In this document: in pieces, positions 50,852 through 61,786 of the stretch
How positions within the stretch are numbered: position 1 is the first letter of the stretch
Layout: each line of letters starts with the position of its first letter
NCBI GenBank assembly: GCA_963705505.1
Contig: CAVPJU010000006.1
Coordinates: 1-64,000, forward strand
DNA: 64,000 nt
Reading direction: 5' to 3'
DNA from: an uncultured bacterium
GTDB taxonomy: Bacteria > Desulfobacterota_D > UBA1144 > Nemesobacterales > UBA2774
Translations under genes and position numbers: made by a program
Notes under the pieces: model-generated
What the model saw: the letters and a program-made list of their open reading frames with translations, nothing else
What the model was told of the DNA's origin: nothing
The model's database searches: none

Positions 50852-52168
50852 ATGGCTAGAGCAACCAAATTACGGGAAAAACCCGAAGACAAGGAAGTTT
50901 TGTCGGAAGAATCTCATTTCCTCCACTTGAACGACATCAGAAACAAGAAGAGCGCGGAGCTCATGAAGATGGCGAGGGATCTCGAGATCGAAGAGACTTC
51001 GCGCATGACGAAGCAGGACATCATCTACGCGATACTGAAGGCTCAGAGCGAGAAAGAAGGGGTAATTTACGCTGAAGGCGTGCTCGAAATACTATCCGAA
51101 GGATACGGATTCCTGAGGTCTCCCAAGTACAGTTATCTACCCGGACCCGATGACATCTACGTTTCGAAATCTCAGATTCGTTCATTTAATTTGAAAACCG
51201 GAGACACAGTGGGCGGGCAGGTAAGGCTGCCCAGAGAAGGCGAGAAGAACCTGGCTCTTCTGAAAATAGAAGAGGTAAACTTCGAATCTCCCGAGGTATG
51301 CAGGGAGCGGGTAGCGTTTGAGAACCGGGTCCCCCTTCACCCGGACAAGAAATTACTGCTTGAATATGACCCGAACGATTTCTGCACCAGGGTGCTCGAC
51401 TTATTCATCCCCATCGGTATGGGACAGAGGGGATTGATCGTGGCTCCGCCGAGGACAGGTAAAACAATACTGCTTCAGAGAATTGCGAACGCGATAACCA
51501 GGAACCACCCGGAAGTTGCGCTTATAGTGCTTCTGATCGATGAGCGCCCCGAGGAAGTAACCGACATGGAAAGGTCGGTCAACGGGGAAGTGGTAAGCTC
51601 GACATTCGATGAGCCGCCGCAGAGGCACATCCAGGTATCCGATATGGTTTTGGAGAAGGCAAAGAGGCTCGTCGAGCATGGAAAGGACGTGGTTATTCTT
51701 CTTGACAGTCTCACCAGGCTTGCACGCGCAAGCAACACCGTAACACCCGCAAGCGGAAGGGTGCTCTCGGGAGGTATGGAGGCGAACGCGCTTCAGAGAC
51801 CCAAGAGATTCTTCGGAGCGGCCAGGAACACGGAAGAGGGCGGAAGTCTGACCATAATCGCCACGGCGCTTATAGATACGGGCAGCAGGATGGACGAGGT
51901 TATATTCGAGGAATTCAAGGGAACGGGCAACATGGAAGCCTACCTAGACAGAAGGCTCGCCGACAAGAGGGTATTCCCCGCACTCGACCTGCAGCGCTCC
52001 GGCACGAGGAAGGAAGAACTCCTCCTTTCCGCGGAAGTACTCAATAAGGTCTGGCTGCTGAGAAAGGTCCTTAGCCCGATGAACACGGTCGAAGCGATGG
52101 AATTCCTGCTCGATAAGATGAGCGGAACGAAGTCGAATAAGGAATTCTTCAATATGATGAATCAGTAA
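50852..52168 (+). CDS. rho: Transcription termination factor Rho
   Basis: Motifs [55 protein letters not shown] and SGTRKEELL. Confidence 0.98.
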   Translation: MARATKLREKPEDKEVLSEESHFLHLNDIRNKKSAELMKMARDLEIEETSRMTKQDIIYAILKAQSEKEGVIYAEGVLEILSEGYGFLRSPKYSYLPGPDDIYVSKSQIRSFNLKTGDTVGGQVRLPREGEKNLALLKIEEVNFESPEVCRERVAFENRVPLHPDKKLLLEYDPNDFCTRVLDLFIPIGMGQRGLIVAPPRTGKTILLQRIANAITRNHPEVALIVLLIDERPEEVTDMERSVNGEVVSSTFDEPPQRHIQVSDMVLEKAKRLVEHGKDVVILLDSLTRLARASNTVTPASGRVLSGGMEANALQRPKRFFGAARNTEEGGSLTIIATALIDTGSRMDEVIFEEFKGTGNMEAYLDRRLADKRVFPALDLQRSGTRKEELLLSAEVLNKVWLLRKVLSPMNTVEAMEFLLDKMSGTKSNKEFFNMMNQ

Positions 52169-52299
52169 GCCTGACTTTGCCCTGGCGAATACTTTTAATC
52201 CATCTTCAGTAATCCCAGCAAATCGAGTCTATTGAAAACAGTCGGGATATGCCGCATTGTTTTGTGGATGCGTATTACTTTATCAGCAGGGCCTGAAAA

Positions 52300-54066
52300 T
52301 TGAAGAGACAGCGGGAGAGAAAATTGTCACCGATTCGCTTCATTCATTTACTCGGCCTAATAATATTCCCTATAATCCTGTTTTTATCCCATACCCCGGT
52401 TTCGGCAGGCCAGCGATATCCGGCGTTTGACCCGGAGGCGCGGTTCCATCCCGTTTTCGCAGAGCAGGGGATGGTCGTGTCCGAGAGCGAATATGCGACC
52501 CGCGCCGGGCTCGAAGTGCTTAAGGAAGGGGGGAACGCAGTCGACGCCGCCGTTACGGTCGGGTTTACAATGGCCGTGACGTATCCGCGGGCGGGTAACC
52601 TGGGCGGGGGAGGTTTTATGCTCGTCTACCTCTCGGGACCGAAGGAAGCGGCGGCGATTGATTACAGGGAGAAAGCGCCTGAGGCTGCGCGAAGGGAGAT
52701 GTATCTCAATGAGAAGGGGGAAGTCGACAATGAGAAATCCCGCCACAGTATCATTTCGGTAGGCGTCCCGGGCACAGTCGCCGGACTCGCGCTGGCTCTC
52801 GAAAAATACGGGACCATACCGCTCGAAAGGGCCCTCAGGCCGGCAATAGAGCTGGCAGAGAACGGATTCCCGGCGGATGAGGAATTATCGAGGTCGCTTT
52901 CCGAGGCTAAAGACGGCATGCGGGCATACCCTGAAAGCATGCATATCTTTTTCAAGGAGGGCGGCGGGGATTACGCGCCGGGCGAACTCTTAAAACAGAA
53001 AGACCTCGCACGGAGCATGAGGGAGATCGCGGAATCGGGACCGGACGCATTTTATAAAGGAGAAATCGCAAAAAAGATAACCGCATACATGAAAGAGAAT
53101 GGCGGGCTCGTCTCCGATGAAGACCTCGGAGCATATAAGGCGGTACTGAGAAAACCGGTCCGGGGGAGTTACAGAGGGTATGAAATTTATTCCATGCCGC
53201 CGCCGAGCGCGGGCGGGGTCCTGCTCATAGAAATGCTGAACCTGCTCGAACTATTCCCGCTCGGGACATACGGACATAATTCGGCCCGGACTATACACCT
53301 CATGGCCGAGTGCATGAAGCTCGCCTACGCCGACCGCTCGGTATATCTGGGAGACCCCGACTTTTCGGATGTGCCCTCCTCACGCCTGACTTCAAAAGAA
53401 TACGCGCGGAGTCTTAAGAGTAAGATCGATCCCGAAAGAGCTACCCCGAGCGAAAGAATTTCCCCGGCTGAACCGACTCCCGGGGAAGGGGGAAACACCA
53501 CCCACTTCTCCGTGATCGATAAATGGGGGAACGCGGTTTCGAATACGTACACGCTCAATTTCAGCTACGGGTCCAAGATCACGGTTCCGGGGACCGGCAT
53601 CCTGCTCAATAACGAAATGGACGATTTCTCCATAACGCCCGGCGTGCCCAACGCATACGGTCTCACCGGCGGGGATTATAACGCGATTGCTCCCGGGAAA
53701 AGGATGCTGAGCTCGATGACGCCTACGATAGTGCTTAAGGACGGAAAACCGTTCCTGATAACGGGAAGCCCCGGCGGGAGCCTCATCATAACGACGGTGC
53801 TCCAGATAATTACGAACGTAATCGATTTCGGGATGAACATATCGGAGGCGACTGACGCCGTGAGGGTGCACCACCAGTGGCTGCCCGACGAGCTCAGGGT
53901 CGAGAAGGGGCTCAGCGAAGACACTATCAGGCTGCTGTCGGCTATGGGATATAAAGTAGTGACAGGGGATACTATGGGGAGCGCTCAGAGCATCACGAAG
54001 ATCGGAAATTTCTTATTCGGAGCTACAGACCCCAGGAGGCCGGGAGGACTGGCAGAGGGATATTAG
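52300..54066 (+). CDS. ggt: Gamma-glutamyltransferase
   Basis: Signal peptide; GGNAVDAA, GGGGFM, DYRE.AP, autocleavage N-TTHFS, LNNEMDDF, SSMTP and GSPGG. Confidence 0.96.
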   Translation: MKRQRERKLSPIRFIHLLGLIIFPIILFLSHTPVSAGQRYPAFDPEARFHPVFAEQGMVVSESEYATRAGLEVLKEGGNAVDAAVTVGFTMAVTYPRAGNLGGGGFMLVYLSGPKEAAAIDYREKAPEAARREMYLNEKGEVDNEKSRHSIISVGVPGTVAGLALALEKYGTIPLERALRPAIELAENGFPADEELSRSLSEAKDGMRAYPESMHIFFKEGGGDYAPGELLKQKDLARSMREIAESGPDAFYKGEIAKKITAYMKENGGLVSDEDLGAYKAVLRKPVRGSYRGYEIYSMPPPSAGGVLLIEMLNLLELFPLGTYGHNSARTIHLMAECMKLAYADRSVYLGDPDFSDVPSSRLTSKEYARSLKSKIDPERATPSERISPAEPTPGEGGNTTHFSVIDKWGNAVSNTYTLNFSYGSKITVPGTGILLNNEMDDFSITPGVPNAYGLTGGDYNAIAPGKRMLSSMTPTIVLKDGKPFLITGSPGGSLIITTVLQIITNVIDFGMNISEATDAVRVHHQWLPDELRVEKGLSEDTIRLLSAMGYKVVTGDTMGSAQSITKIGNFLFGATDPRRPGGLAEGY

Positions 54067-55019
54067 GCTGTAATTTCGAGCATCCTGTCTATGGACTTCT
54101 TTGCTTTTAGAGCAATATGCTCGGGTACTTTTACTTCGAATATCTCTTCTTCGAGAGACCTGAGCACCTTTTCCAAGGTTATCATCTTCATGTATTTACA
54201 GACTGCGCTCTCACTCGCGGGGTAGAAGGTCTTATCGGGATTATCTTTCCTGAGCTTGTACAGCATCCCTGTTTCGGTGGCAATTATGAATTCCCTGGCG
54301 GGGGAATCCTTTGCGAATTTAATCATGCCGCCCGTGGAAAGAAATTTAATATGACCGTTCCCGTTAGCGGAGGAGCCGTTCAAGCCCTGGTAGAGAAGAT
54401 TCGTCGTACAGCCGCATTCGGGATGGACCACCAGCTCCGCGCCGGGGTGGGAATGCTTCATTTCCTTTAAATCCTCGGTCCTTATTCCCGCGTGCACGTG
54501 GCACTCGCCTGGCCAGATATGGATTTTCCTGCCCGTCACCTTGGCGGCATAAGCGCCCAGGAACATATCAGGGAGGAATAGGATTTCTTGATCTTCGGGG
54601 ACCGCGCTCACAACCTTAACCGCATTGGAAGAAGTACAGCAGTAATCGCTCTCCGCCTTGACCTCTGCAGTAGTGTTCACATATGAGACCACGACCGCGC
54701 CGGGGTGCTCTTTTTTCCACTCCCGGAGTTCGTCCGCGTTAATTGTATCCGCAAGCGAACAGCCGGCTCCGAGATCGGGCAGCAGCACTTTCTTACGGGG
54801 GGAGATTATGGAGGCGGTTTCCGCCATGAAATGTACGCCGCAAAAAACTATTATGTCGGCTTCCGTTTTTGCGGCCATCTGAGAAAGGGCGAGCGAATCA
54901 GCAGTAAAATCCGCGACATCCTGCACTTCGGGCAGCTGGTAATTGTGCGCCAGAATGACCGCGTTTTTTTCCTCTTTAAGCCTTTTTATCTCTCCGGCAA
55001 TTTTCGAATACCCTTCCAT
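54063..55019 (-). CDS. nadA: Quinolinate synthase
   Basis: Motifs LAHNYQ, FCGVHFMAE, AGCSLA, YVNT, GECHVH, HPEC and C.YMK.IT. Confidence 0.96.
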   Translation of the reverse strand: MEGYSKIAGEIKRLKEEKNAVILAHNYQLPEVQDVADFTADSLALSQMAAKTEADIIVFCGVHFMAETASIISPRKKVLLPDLGAGCSLADTINADELREWKKEHPGAVVVSYVNTTAEVKAESDYCCTSSNAVKVVSAVPEDQEILFLPDMFLGAYAAKVTGRKIHIWPGECHVHAGIRTEDLKEMKHSHPGAELVVHPECGCTTNLLYQGLNGSSANGNGHIKFLSTGGMIKFAKDSPAREFIIATETGMLYKLRKDNPDKTFYPASESAVCKYMKMITLEKVLRSLEEEIFEVKVPEHIALKAKKSIDRMLEITA

Positions 55020-55057
55020 TCATTCCTCAACTTACCAACATCATTAGATAAAATTAA

Positions 55058-55903
55058 TTATACCACATAGAGCCCTATATCTAAAGCTGAAGCTGAGTGT
55101 GTGAGCGACCCGACGGATATAAAATCAACCCCCGTTTCCGCAACTTCTCTCACATTCCTGAGCGTAATTCCGCCAGAGGCCTCGACGATCGCGTTCTTAT
55201 CGATCATACGAACTGCTTTTTTCATTTGCTCGGGCGTCATATTGTCGAGCATTATTATATCCGCCCCCGCTATAAGCGCTTCCTTAACTTCCTCAAACCC
55301 GGAGGTCTCGACCTCTATTTTGTATTTCTGCCTGTACTTCTTGCGTATGACCGCGACAGCCTCGCTTATTCCGCCGGCTATCTTGATGTGATTATCCTTT
55401 ATCAAAACCATGTCGAATAGCCCGAAACGGTGGTTATAGCCGCCGCCCACGGAAACCGCGTACTTATCGAGCATCCGGAGTCCCGGCGCGGTCTTCCTGG
55501 TGTCGAGAATCTTTACGGGCAAGCCTTCGACCGCTTTCACGTATTTGGACGTGAGGGTGGCGATACCCGAGAGCCTTTGAAGTATATTGAGGACGAGGCG
55601 TTCACCCGACAGCAGCGCCCTCGTCCCGCCGTTTATCTCCGAGAGGATATCGCCCGGCCTGATGCTCTCGCCGTCGCCGATATTGTCCACGCACACGACC
55701 GTCGGGTCCAGCTTCTGAAAGACACGCTTGGCTATCGGGAGACCCGCGATCACACCCTTTTCCTTCGCGCGTATGACTGCCTTACTGTCGTCTTTCTCGG
55801 AGGCAAGCGAATTCGTGGTGATGTCGCCGTCCCCCAAATCCTCTCTGAGAGCGTACTCGATGATGCGGTCTACACGGTTAAAATCCAGTTCCATTCGTTT
55901 CAT
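55058..55903 (-). CDS. nadC: Nicotinate-nucleotide diphosphorylase (quinolinate phosphoribosyltransferase)
   Basis: Motifs ED..GDIT, LSGIAT, DTRKT.PG, HRFGL, IKDNH, MLDNM and EASGG. Confidence 0.96.
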   Translation of the reverse strand: MKRMELDFNRVDRIIEYALREDLGDGDITTNSLASEKDDSKAVIRAKEKGVIAGLPIAKRVFQKLDPTVVCVDNIGDGESIRPGDILSEINGGTRALLSGERLVLNILQRLSGIATLTSKYVKAVEGLPVKILDTRKTAPGLRMLDKYAVSVGGGYNHRFGLFDMVLIKDNHIKIAGGISEAVAVIRKKYRQKYKIEVETSGFEEVKEALIAGADIIMLDNMTPEQMKKAVRMIDKNAIVEASGGITLRNVREVAETGVDFISVGSLTHSASALDIGLYVV

Positions 55904-55953
55904 TCAATCAATGCCCACCGGTTCACTTATACCCGGTCATATAATATACACTT

Positions 55954-57555
55954 TCAGACGGGGATTGCGGCGGGCTCTTCCCCCTTTTTCAGTACTATGT
56001 GCTTCCTCCACCCCGGGTCCTCGTCGGGGAAATCCTCTCTGATATGCACCCCTCTCGATTCTTCTCTCAGGAGGGAAAAGCGGGTTATGATCGAAGAAAC
56101 CTCGAGAATCATCTTCAATTTTAATCTATAGTAACCCGAAAGCCCGTCTAAAAAAACCGACATATTATTTAATTCCCGCGCTGCTTCCTCAAGACCTTCC
56201 CTGCTCCTTACTATCCCGACATGCCTGTTCATTATCCGCGAAGCCGCGGACTTGCATTCCCCGAACACCTTTTCGTGGGGTCCGGCAGCTTCGAAGAGAG
56301 AGCGATCGATATCGACACCCCGCACAGGAGGGCGAGGCTCAGAAGATTCGTTCGCACCGTCGACCGCTCGCTTGGCGAAGACAACGCATTCGAGGAGCGA
56401 ATTGCTCGCGAGCCTGTTTGCCCCGTGGACGCCCGTGCACGCGACCTCTCCGCAGGCGAAGAGCCCCTTTATATTCGTTTCACCACGGAGACCGGTCCTC
56501 ACGCCCCCGATCGTATAATGAGCCGCCGGAGCGACGCGCACTAAACTTTCGGTCATGTCTACGCCGTAGCTTAGACAGGCCTCATATATGTTGGCGAATC
56601 TGGTTTTAATATAGCCCGGATCGAGGTGTCTCAAATCCAGATAGACATAATCCCTGCCCGACTTTTTCATCTCCATGTAAATTGCGCGGGAGACTATATC
56701 CCGCGGTGCGAGCTCCCCGAGCTCGCTGTAGTTATGCATGAACTTCTTCCCTCCGCAGTCAAGGAGATACGCGCCCTCTCCCCTCACCGCTTCGCTAATA
56801 AGAAAACTCGCTCCGCTCTCGTTATAAAATGCTGTCGGGTGGAACTGGATAAACTCCATGTCCGTTATTTCCGCTCCAGCATCGTAGGCGAGCGATACCC
56901 CCTCGCCGGTGGAGCCGCCGGGGTTTGTAGTCCTCTCGTAAAGAGCGGACGCTCCCCCCGTTGCGAGTATCGTGGACTTTGAAAAAAACGAAATGGGGTT
57001 GAAATGCCCGTCGAGGGCCAGCGCCCCCGCGCACGTAGCCCCGTCTGAAAAAAAACGTATAACACCCGTGCTTTCGAACTTGCTTATTGAAGGGTTATTC
57101 TCGACGGCCGCGATGAGGAACCTGACCATCTCCCTGCCCGTAGAGCTGCCGCCTGCGTGAAGCACGCGCCTTTTCGTGTGCCCGCCCTCGAGCCCGAGCT
57201 CAAGCCCCTTCTCCCCCGTATCGAACTTCATTCCGAGCCCGATGAGGTCCCTTACCCGGTCTTTCCCCTCATTCACGAGGACTTCCACGGCTTCGGCGTT
57301 ATTGAGCCCCCTTCCCGCTCTCAAGGTGTCTTCGATATGGAACCACGTAGAATCCTCGGGATCCACGACGGCGGCTATACCCCCCTGAGCCCAGTATGAA
57401 TTGCTCTCTTCGACCGTAGATTTTGTAAGGAGCGTGACGCTCCCGTACCTGGAGGCGTAAAGGGCCGCATAGAGACCCGCAAGGCCGCTGCCGATAATAA
57501 GAAAATCCGAAGACAGTTCCGTAGGACCCGACACATCTGGCCGTGATATGCTCAT
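55954..57555 (-). CDS. nadB: L-aspartate oxidase
   Basis: Motifs GSGLAG, AQGGIA, EGGH..RR, QFHPT, SEAVRGEG, LAPRD, HYTIGG, GVHGANRLASNSLLE and ESRG.H. Confidence 0.96.
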   Translation of the reverse strand: MSISRPDVSGPTELSSDFLIIGSGLAGLYAALYASRYGSVTLLTKSTVEESNSYWAQGGIAAVVDPEDSTWFHIEDTLRAGRGLNNAEAVEVLVNEGKDRVRDLIGLGMKFDTGEKGLELGLEGGHTKRRVLHAGGSSTGREMVRFLIAAVENNPSISKFESTGVIRFFSDGATCAGALALDGHFNPISFFSKSTILATGGASALYERTTNPGGSTGEGVSLAYDAGAEITDMEFIQFHPTAFYNESGASFLISEAVRGEGAYLLDCGGKKFMHNYSELGELAPRDIVSRAIYMEMKKSGRDYVYLDLRHLDPGYIKTRFANIYEACLSYGVDMTESLVRVAPAAHYTIGGVRTGLRGETNIKGLFACGEVACTGVHGANRLASNSLLECVVFAKRAVDGANESSEPRPPVRGVDIDRSLFEAAGPHEKVFGECKSAASRIMNRHVGIVRSREGLEEAARELNNMSVFLDGLSGYYRLKLKMILEVSSIITRFSLLREESRGVHIREDFPDEDPGWRKHIVLKKGEEPAAIPV

Positions 57556-57597
57556 ATTTGACTCTTATATCAGCGAAACGAACCTATGAACAGAACT

Positions 57598-60246
57598 TCA
57601 TCCGGAAGTCATCGATTCCAATAATGCGTTCTTTACCTCTTCTATCTTTTCCGGATCCATTATTTTTTTGCGGCTCATGTCCACCACGTAAAAAGCGTCG
57701 ACCACCTGATCGACTTTTGTGGAGATCTTTGCGTACTCGATCGAAAGACCGAGATTTTTTATAGTCTTGGTTATGTCGTAAAGCAGCCCCGGTCTGTCGT
57801 GGGTTATTACGTCGATCACGGTCGCGACATCGGAAGATTCGTTATCGACCATGACCCTCGTCGGATACTGTGGTATCGCCTTGCTGTACAGCGGTCTGTC
57901 CTGTCTCTTCCTTGAGACAAGCTCTTCAACGTCTATCTTGCCCGTCAGCACCCGGTCCAAATTTTCCCTCAGCTTGTCCCAGACCTCTTCGCCCTCTTTC
58001 ACGGACTGGCCGAGCTTGTTTACGTAGAAGACGTCGAGAATCCTGCCGTCGAGCCTGGTCGTGATACGCGCCCCAAGCACATTTAAACCCGAGGCCCTGA
58101 TAACTCCGCATAGCTTGGAGAATATGCCCGGCTCATCAAACCCCCAGAACGTAAATTCGTTGTACTCCTCATGGGGATAAAAAAGCACATCCATTCCTAC
58201 GGCATCTTTGGACTTCTCGATAAGGCTCACATGGTAGGCTATCTTTCTCGGAGAAAAACCCAGGAAGTAAGACTCGGGCATAGTCCCGAGGATGGCCGTT
58301 ACGTTCTTCTTGGAAGCCTTGTTCCCGAGTATCCTCATCACTTCGTCGATCACCCTCTTCTGCCTGGCAAGCGGGTCCTCTTCTTTGAATATCCCTCTCT
58401 CGAGAACCTTCGCAGTCCTTATAAAAATCTCCTTGAGGAGCATACCCTTCCAGTTCGTCCAGACGTCCGGCCCCACCGACTTTATATCCGCGAACGTAAG
58501 CAGGTACAGGAGTGAAAGGGTCTCGAGGGTCTTCACTGCCTTCGCGAATCTCACTATAAGGCTGTAGTCGTGTATATCCCTTCTCTGCGAGAAATGTGAC
58601 ATCAAAAGATGGTTCTTCACGAGGAACTCCAACTGCCCCGTCTCGGCAGGAGAGAGCCCCATCCTTTTTGCTATCTTCGGAATCATCGCGGCCCCTTTTT
58701 CCGCATGGTCCTTGCCCTCCCCCTTCCCCATATCGTGAAAGAGGCACGCAAGATATAGTATGTGCCTGCTCATGAGGGATTCGGCCGTTTTCGTGAGGAG
58801 CGGGAGCTCCTTATCGTATTTATAATTGAGGAGGTTCTCTATCTCCCTCACCATGAATATGGAATGAACGTCCACGGTGTAGACATGGTATGCGTCGTGC
58901 TGTACCATGCAGACTATCTTTCCGAATTCCGGAATGTAATATCCGAGAAAACGGAGACGGTTCATTTCAAAAAGCGTATCGGCGACATTCTTTCCCTTCT
59001 TCAGCAGTCTCAGGAACGACGCATTGAGCTCGGGGTTGGCCCTCACGCTCTCGTCCATTGTCGTGACGCTCACGTTCTCTCTTATGAGGTCGAGGAGATA
59101 ATTACTCATCTTCACCTGATACCTGTCGGCATACTCAAAAGCCCTCATGAGGTTTGCCGGGTTCTCCTTGAAAATATTGATATTGGAGGTTGAAAGCATT
59201 CCGCCCTGTATGATAAATCCGTTATCGAGAGAGACTGTTTTCGGGCTGCGGATACCGGACTTATGTCCCATAATGCATTTTTCTATGAGCCTCTTCGACT
59301 GCTCTCTCAATTCGTTGCCGCGGAGATAATAGATCCTCATGAACCTTTCCACGGCGGGAAGCTCGCCGTCCTTGAAACCAAGGAACTTGGCGACCTTTTC
59401 CTGAAACTCGAACCCGAGCCTGTCCTCTCTCCTGCCTGCAAGGTAATGGAGCTCGGACCTGACGAGGAGGAGAAAATTCAAGCCCTTTTCGAATATCCTT
59501 ATTTCGTTCTCCATAAGTATGCCCTTGGGAAGGAGGTCGGAAAAATTCTTGACCTTGAATTTAGCCTGGGCTATCCAGAGCGCGTAGTGTATGTCCCTGA
59601 GCCCGCCTTCTCCTTCCTTCACGTTGGGTTCGAGCAGATAAACCGATCTCCCGAATCTGTTGATCCTCTGCTCGTTCTCCTTGATCTTGCTCAGGATGAA
59701 TTTATGCGAGATGGCGGGAAGGAGCTGGCAGTAGAGTTTTTTGTCCAAATCCATGTAGAGCTGTTCGTCACCGCATAAGAACCTGCTGTCGAGAAGGGAC
59801 GTCAGTATGGTCGTATCCTCCTCCTGAGAGAGCTCTATACATTCGTCTATGGTCCTCACCGAATGACCGACGTCGAGACCGAGGTCCCATAGGAGGTAAA
59901 GGAGCTTCTCGGTCGCCTCCTTTGCCAGAGTTTTATTGCGGGGCTTATAAAGGAACATTATGTCCACATCGGAATAAGGACAGAGCTCGTTTCTCCCGTA
60001 GCCCCCGAGCGCTACGACGCTCACGTTCCTGAGATCGTTAAACCCCTGCTGCGAAAGCGCCTGCTTGATCAGCTTGTCAACTATTTCCGATCTCTTTTTA
60101 GCAAGTATGCTCCCGGACAAAGCCTTATTGCGCTTGGTCTTGTTTTTATGGTACGCCATTAGCTCCATATTCTTCCGGTTGAGCCTTTCTTTCAGGTTCC
60201 GGAACAAATCGCCCTTGTCCGCTACTATGTTCGCTGCTTTGCTCAT
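57598..60246 (-). CDS. glnD: [Protein-PII] uridylyltransferase / uridylyl-removing enzyme
   Basis: ALGGYGR.EL.PYSDVD nucleotidyltransferase domain, EPNVKEGEGGLRD, HD domain (YTVD.H, FHDMGKG) and two ACT domains (DRPGLL). Confidence 0.95.
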   Translation of the reverse strand: MSKAANIVADKGDLFRNLKERLNRKNMELMAYHKNKTKRNKALSGSILAKKRSEIVDKLIKQALSQQGFNDLRNVSVVALGGYGRNELCPYSDVDIMFLYKPRNKTLAKEATEKLLYLLWDLGLDVGHSVRTIDECIELSQEEDTTILTSLLDSRFLCGDEQLYMDLDKKLYCQLLPAISHKFILSKIKENEQRINRFGRSVYLLEPNVKEGEGGLRDIHYALWIAQAKFKVKNFSDLLPKGILMENEIRIFEKGLNFLLLVRSELHYLAGRREDRLGFEFQEKVAKFLGFKDGELPAVERFMRIYYLRGNELREQSKRLIEKCIMGHKSGIRSPKTVSLDNGFIIQGGMLSTSNINIFKENPANLMRAFEYADRYQVKMSNYLLDLIRENVSVTTMDESVRANPELNASFLRLLKKGKNVADTLFEMNRLRFLGYYIPEFGKIVCMVQHDAYHVYTVDVHSIFMVREIENLLNYKYDKELPLLTKTAESLMSRHILYLACLFHDMGKGEGKDHAEKGAAMIPKIAKRMGLSPAETGQLEFLVKNHLLMSHFSQRRDIHDYSLIVRFAKAVKTLETLSLLYLLTFADIKSVGPDVWTNWKGMLLKEIFIRTAKVLERGIFKEEDPLARQKRVIDEVMRILGNKASKKNVTAILGTMPESYFLGFSPRKIAYHVSLIEKSKDAVGMDVLFYPHEEYNEFTFWGFDEPGIFSKLCGVIRASGLNVLGARITTRLDGRILDVFYVNKLGQSVKEGEEVWDKLRENLDRVLTGKIDVEELVSRKRQDRPLYSKAIPQYPTRVMVDNESSDVATVIDVITHDRPGLLYDITKTIKNLGLSIEYAKISTKVDQVVDAFYVVDMSRKKIMDPEKIEEVKNALLESMTSG

Positions 60247-60297
60247 GTTCTTCTCTCTGTCCTTATTTTACATGTATAAGTGAAGGTATATATAAAA

Positions 60298-60948
60298 TTA
60301 CAATTTCACGCTCAGCGAAACCCCGTCCCTGAGGGGGATTATCGTTGTGAAGAAGCCCTCGTTGGATAGGAGGAGCTTTGTGAACTCCCTGACACCCGCC
60401 GTGCTGGGGGAGTCGTCTCCCGTAAGCACCCTGCCGAACCAGAGCACGTTGTCCGTTATAAAAAGACCGCCCTTCCTCAATTTTTCATAAGCCTTATCCA
60501 CGACCCTGGGGTAGTATTCCTTGTCTACATCGTTGAAGATAATGTCGAACCCGCCCCGGGACTCTTCCAGGATTTGAACGGCGTTCCCGACCCGGATGTC
60601 GATCCTTTCTCTCACCCCGGCCCTGTTGAAAAAATCCTCGGCGATTCCGGCGTTGTCATGCGACATGTCCGTATAGACGAGAGAACCGCTTTTCCCTATC
60701 GCTTTTGCGAACCAGTATGCCGAATAGCCGAAGCCCGAGCCGAGCTCGAGAACTTTTTTAGCCTTACTTATCAATGCGATCTGGAATAAGAGCCTTCCGA
60801 CGAGCGGCCCCACTATCGGGAATTCATTCAGCCGCGCATGCTCCTCCATCTCTTCCTGAATTCTATCCACTGAGGGGGTGAGCGATTCTATGTACTCCTC
60901 GATCTCCGGGTTGACTATATATTTATCCGGCTGCGGTATGTGTTTCAT
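60298..60948 (-). CDS. SAM-dependent O-methyltransferase (family 3)
   Basis: LELGSGFGYSA, FDIIFNDVDK, GGLFITDNVLW and RDGV. Confidence 0.9.
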   Translation of the reverse strand: MKHIPQPDKYIVNPEIEEYIESLTPSVDRIQEEMEEHARLNEFPIVGPLVGRLLFQIALISKAKKVLELGSGFGYSAYWFAKAIGKSGSLVYTDMSHDNAGIAEDFFNRAGVRERIDIRVGNAVQILEESRGGFDIIFNDVDKEYYPRVVDKAYEKLRKGGLFITDNVLWFGRVLTGDDSPSTAGVREFTKLLLSNEGFFTTIIPLRDGVSLSVKL

Positions 60949-61505
60949 TGTCTCCTGAACTCTGCGAATGTTTCGCTGAATTCGCTCTCCCGGTTTTCAA
61001 TCCTCGCCATGACAAAGAGGAGGTCGGACAGCCTGTTCATGTAGACCAGCACTTCTTTCCTGACTTCTTCCTCCTCCATCAATTTAACTATCTTCCTCTC
61101 GGCCCTTCTCGCGACGGTCCTTGCGAAATGGAGATTCGCCCCCCCCGCGTTTCCGCCCGGAAGAATGAACTCTTTTAGGGGTTCGAGGTCGAGGAGAAAT
61201 TCGTCAATCGCGGACTCGAGCGCTTTGATCCTGTCCTCGTGCACCCTCGGCACATCGAGACCGGGGGGGCTTGCAAGCTCGGCCCCGACGATAAAGAGGT
61301 CTTTCTGGACGGCTTCAAGGATATTATTGACCCGGCTATTGCGAACGAGCCTGCGGGCAAGCCCGAGCGCGGCGTTCAGCTCATCCACGTCTCCGTAAGC
61401 GTCAACCCTGGAGGATGCCTTGCTTACCCTCATGCCGCCTACGAGCGAGGTAAGCCCTTCATCGCCTGTCTTGGTATAGACCTTCGTAATCCTTTTCTTC
61501 GCCAC
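60945..61505 (-). CDS. pduO: PduO-type cob(I)alamin adenosyltransferase
   Basis: VYTKTGDEG.T, YGDVDELN, FILPGG, ARTVARRAER and NRLSDLLF. Confidence 0.93.
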   Translation of the reverse strand: MAKKRITKVYTKTGDEGLTSLVGGMRVSKASSRVDAYGDVDELNAALGLARRLVRNSRVNNILEAVQKDLFIVGAELASPPGLDVPRVHEDRIKALESAIDEFLLDLEPLKEFILPGGNAGGANLHFARTVARRAERKIVKLMEEEEVRKEVLVYMNRLSDLLFVMARIENRESEFSETFAEFRRQ

Positions 61506-61511
61506 TTTGAA

Positions 61512-61540
61512 ATATTAACCGAACGGGAAATATGGTTCAA
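61512..61540 (-). promoter_or_regulatory. Putative sigma-70 promoter directly abutting the pduO start (leaderless)
   Basis: TTGAAC-N17-TAATAT-N6-GTG with no SD. Confidence 0.55.
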
Positions 61541-61703
61541 ACCTAGAGACGGAAAAGATTCGGATTATTCGTATTATATAGGGAATATATTCGGCTGGAA
61601 CGATCAACTCATGCGCGGCACGGTTAATACGGTCATCGATAAAGGAGGGTTCGTCGGCTTGAATAAGATCACCTGAAAGGGGTTAGCGGGCGAGAAACGG
61701 CGC

Positions 61704-61743
61704 CGAAGCAATTCCAGGAGGGCAAAGGCCTGAAATTGCTTCG
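61704..61743. repeat. Long hairpin (REP-like or terminator) downstream of trxA
   Basis: CGAAGCAATT.CAGG-loop-CCTG.AATTGCTTCG. Confidence 0.5.
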
Positions 61744-61786
61744 TAACCGTGTTAAATAATAAACGATATCAGGTGATTAGTAACGG

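Noticed and set aside
61704..61743. GGGCAAA-containing hairpin as a c-di-GMP-I riboswitch
   Set aside because: It lacks the GAAA tetraloop/receptor and second-stem architecture and lies downstream of trxA; better explained as a REP-like hairpin or terminator.
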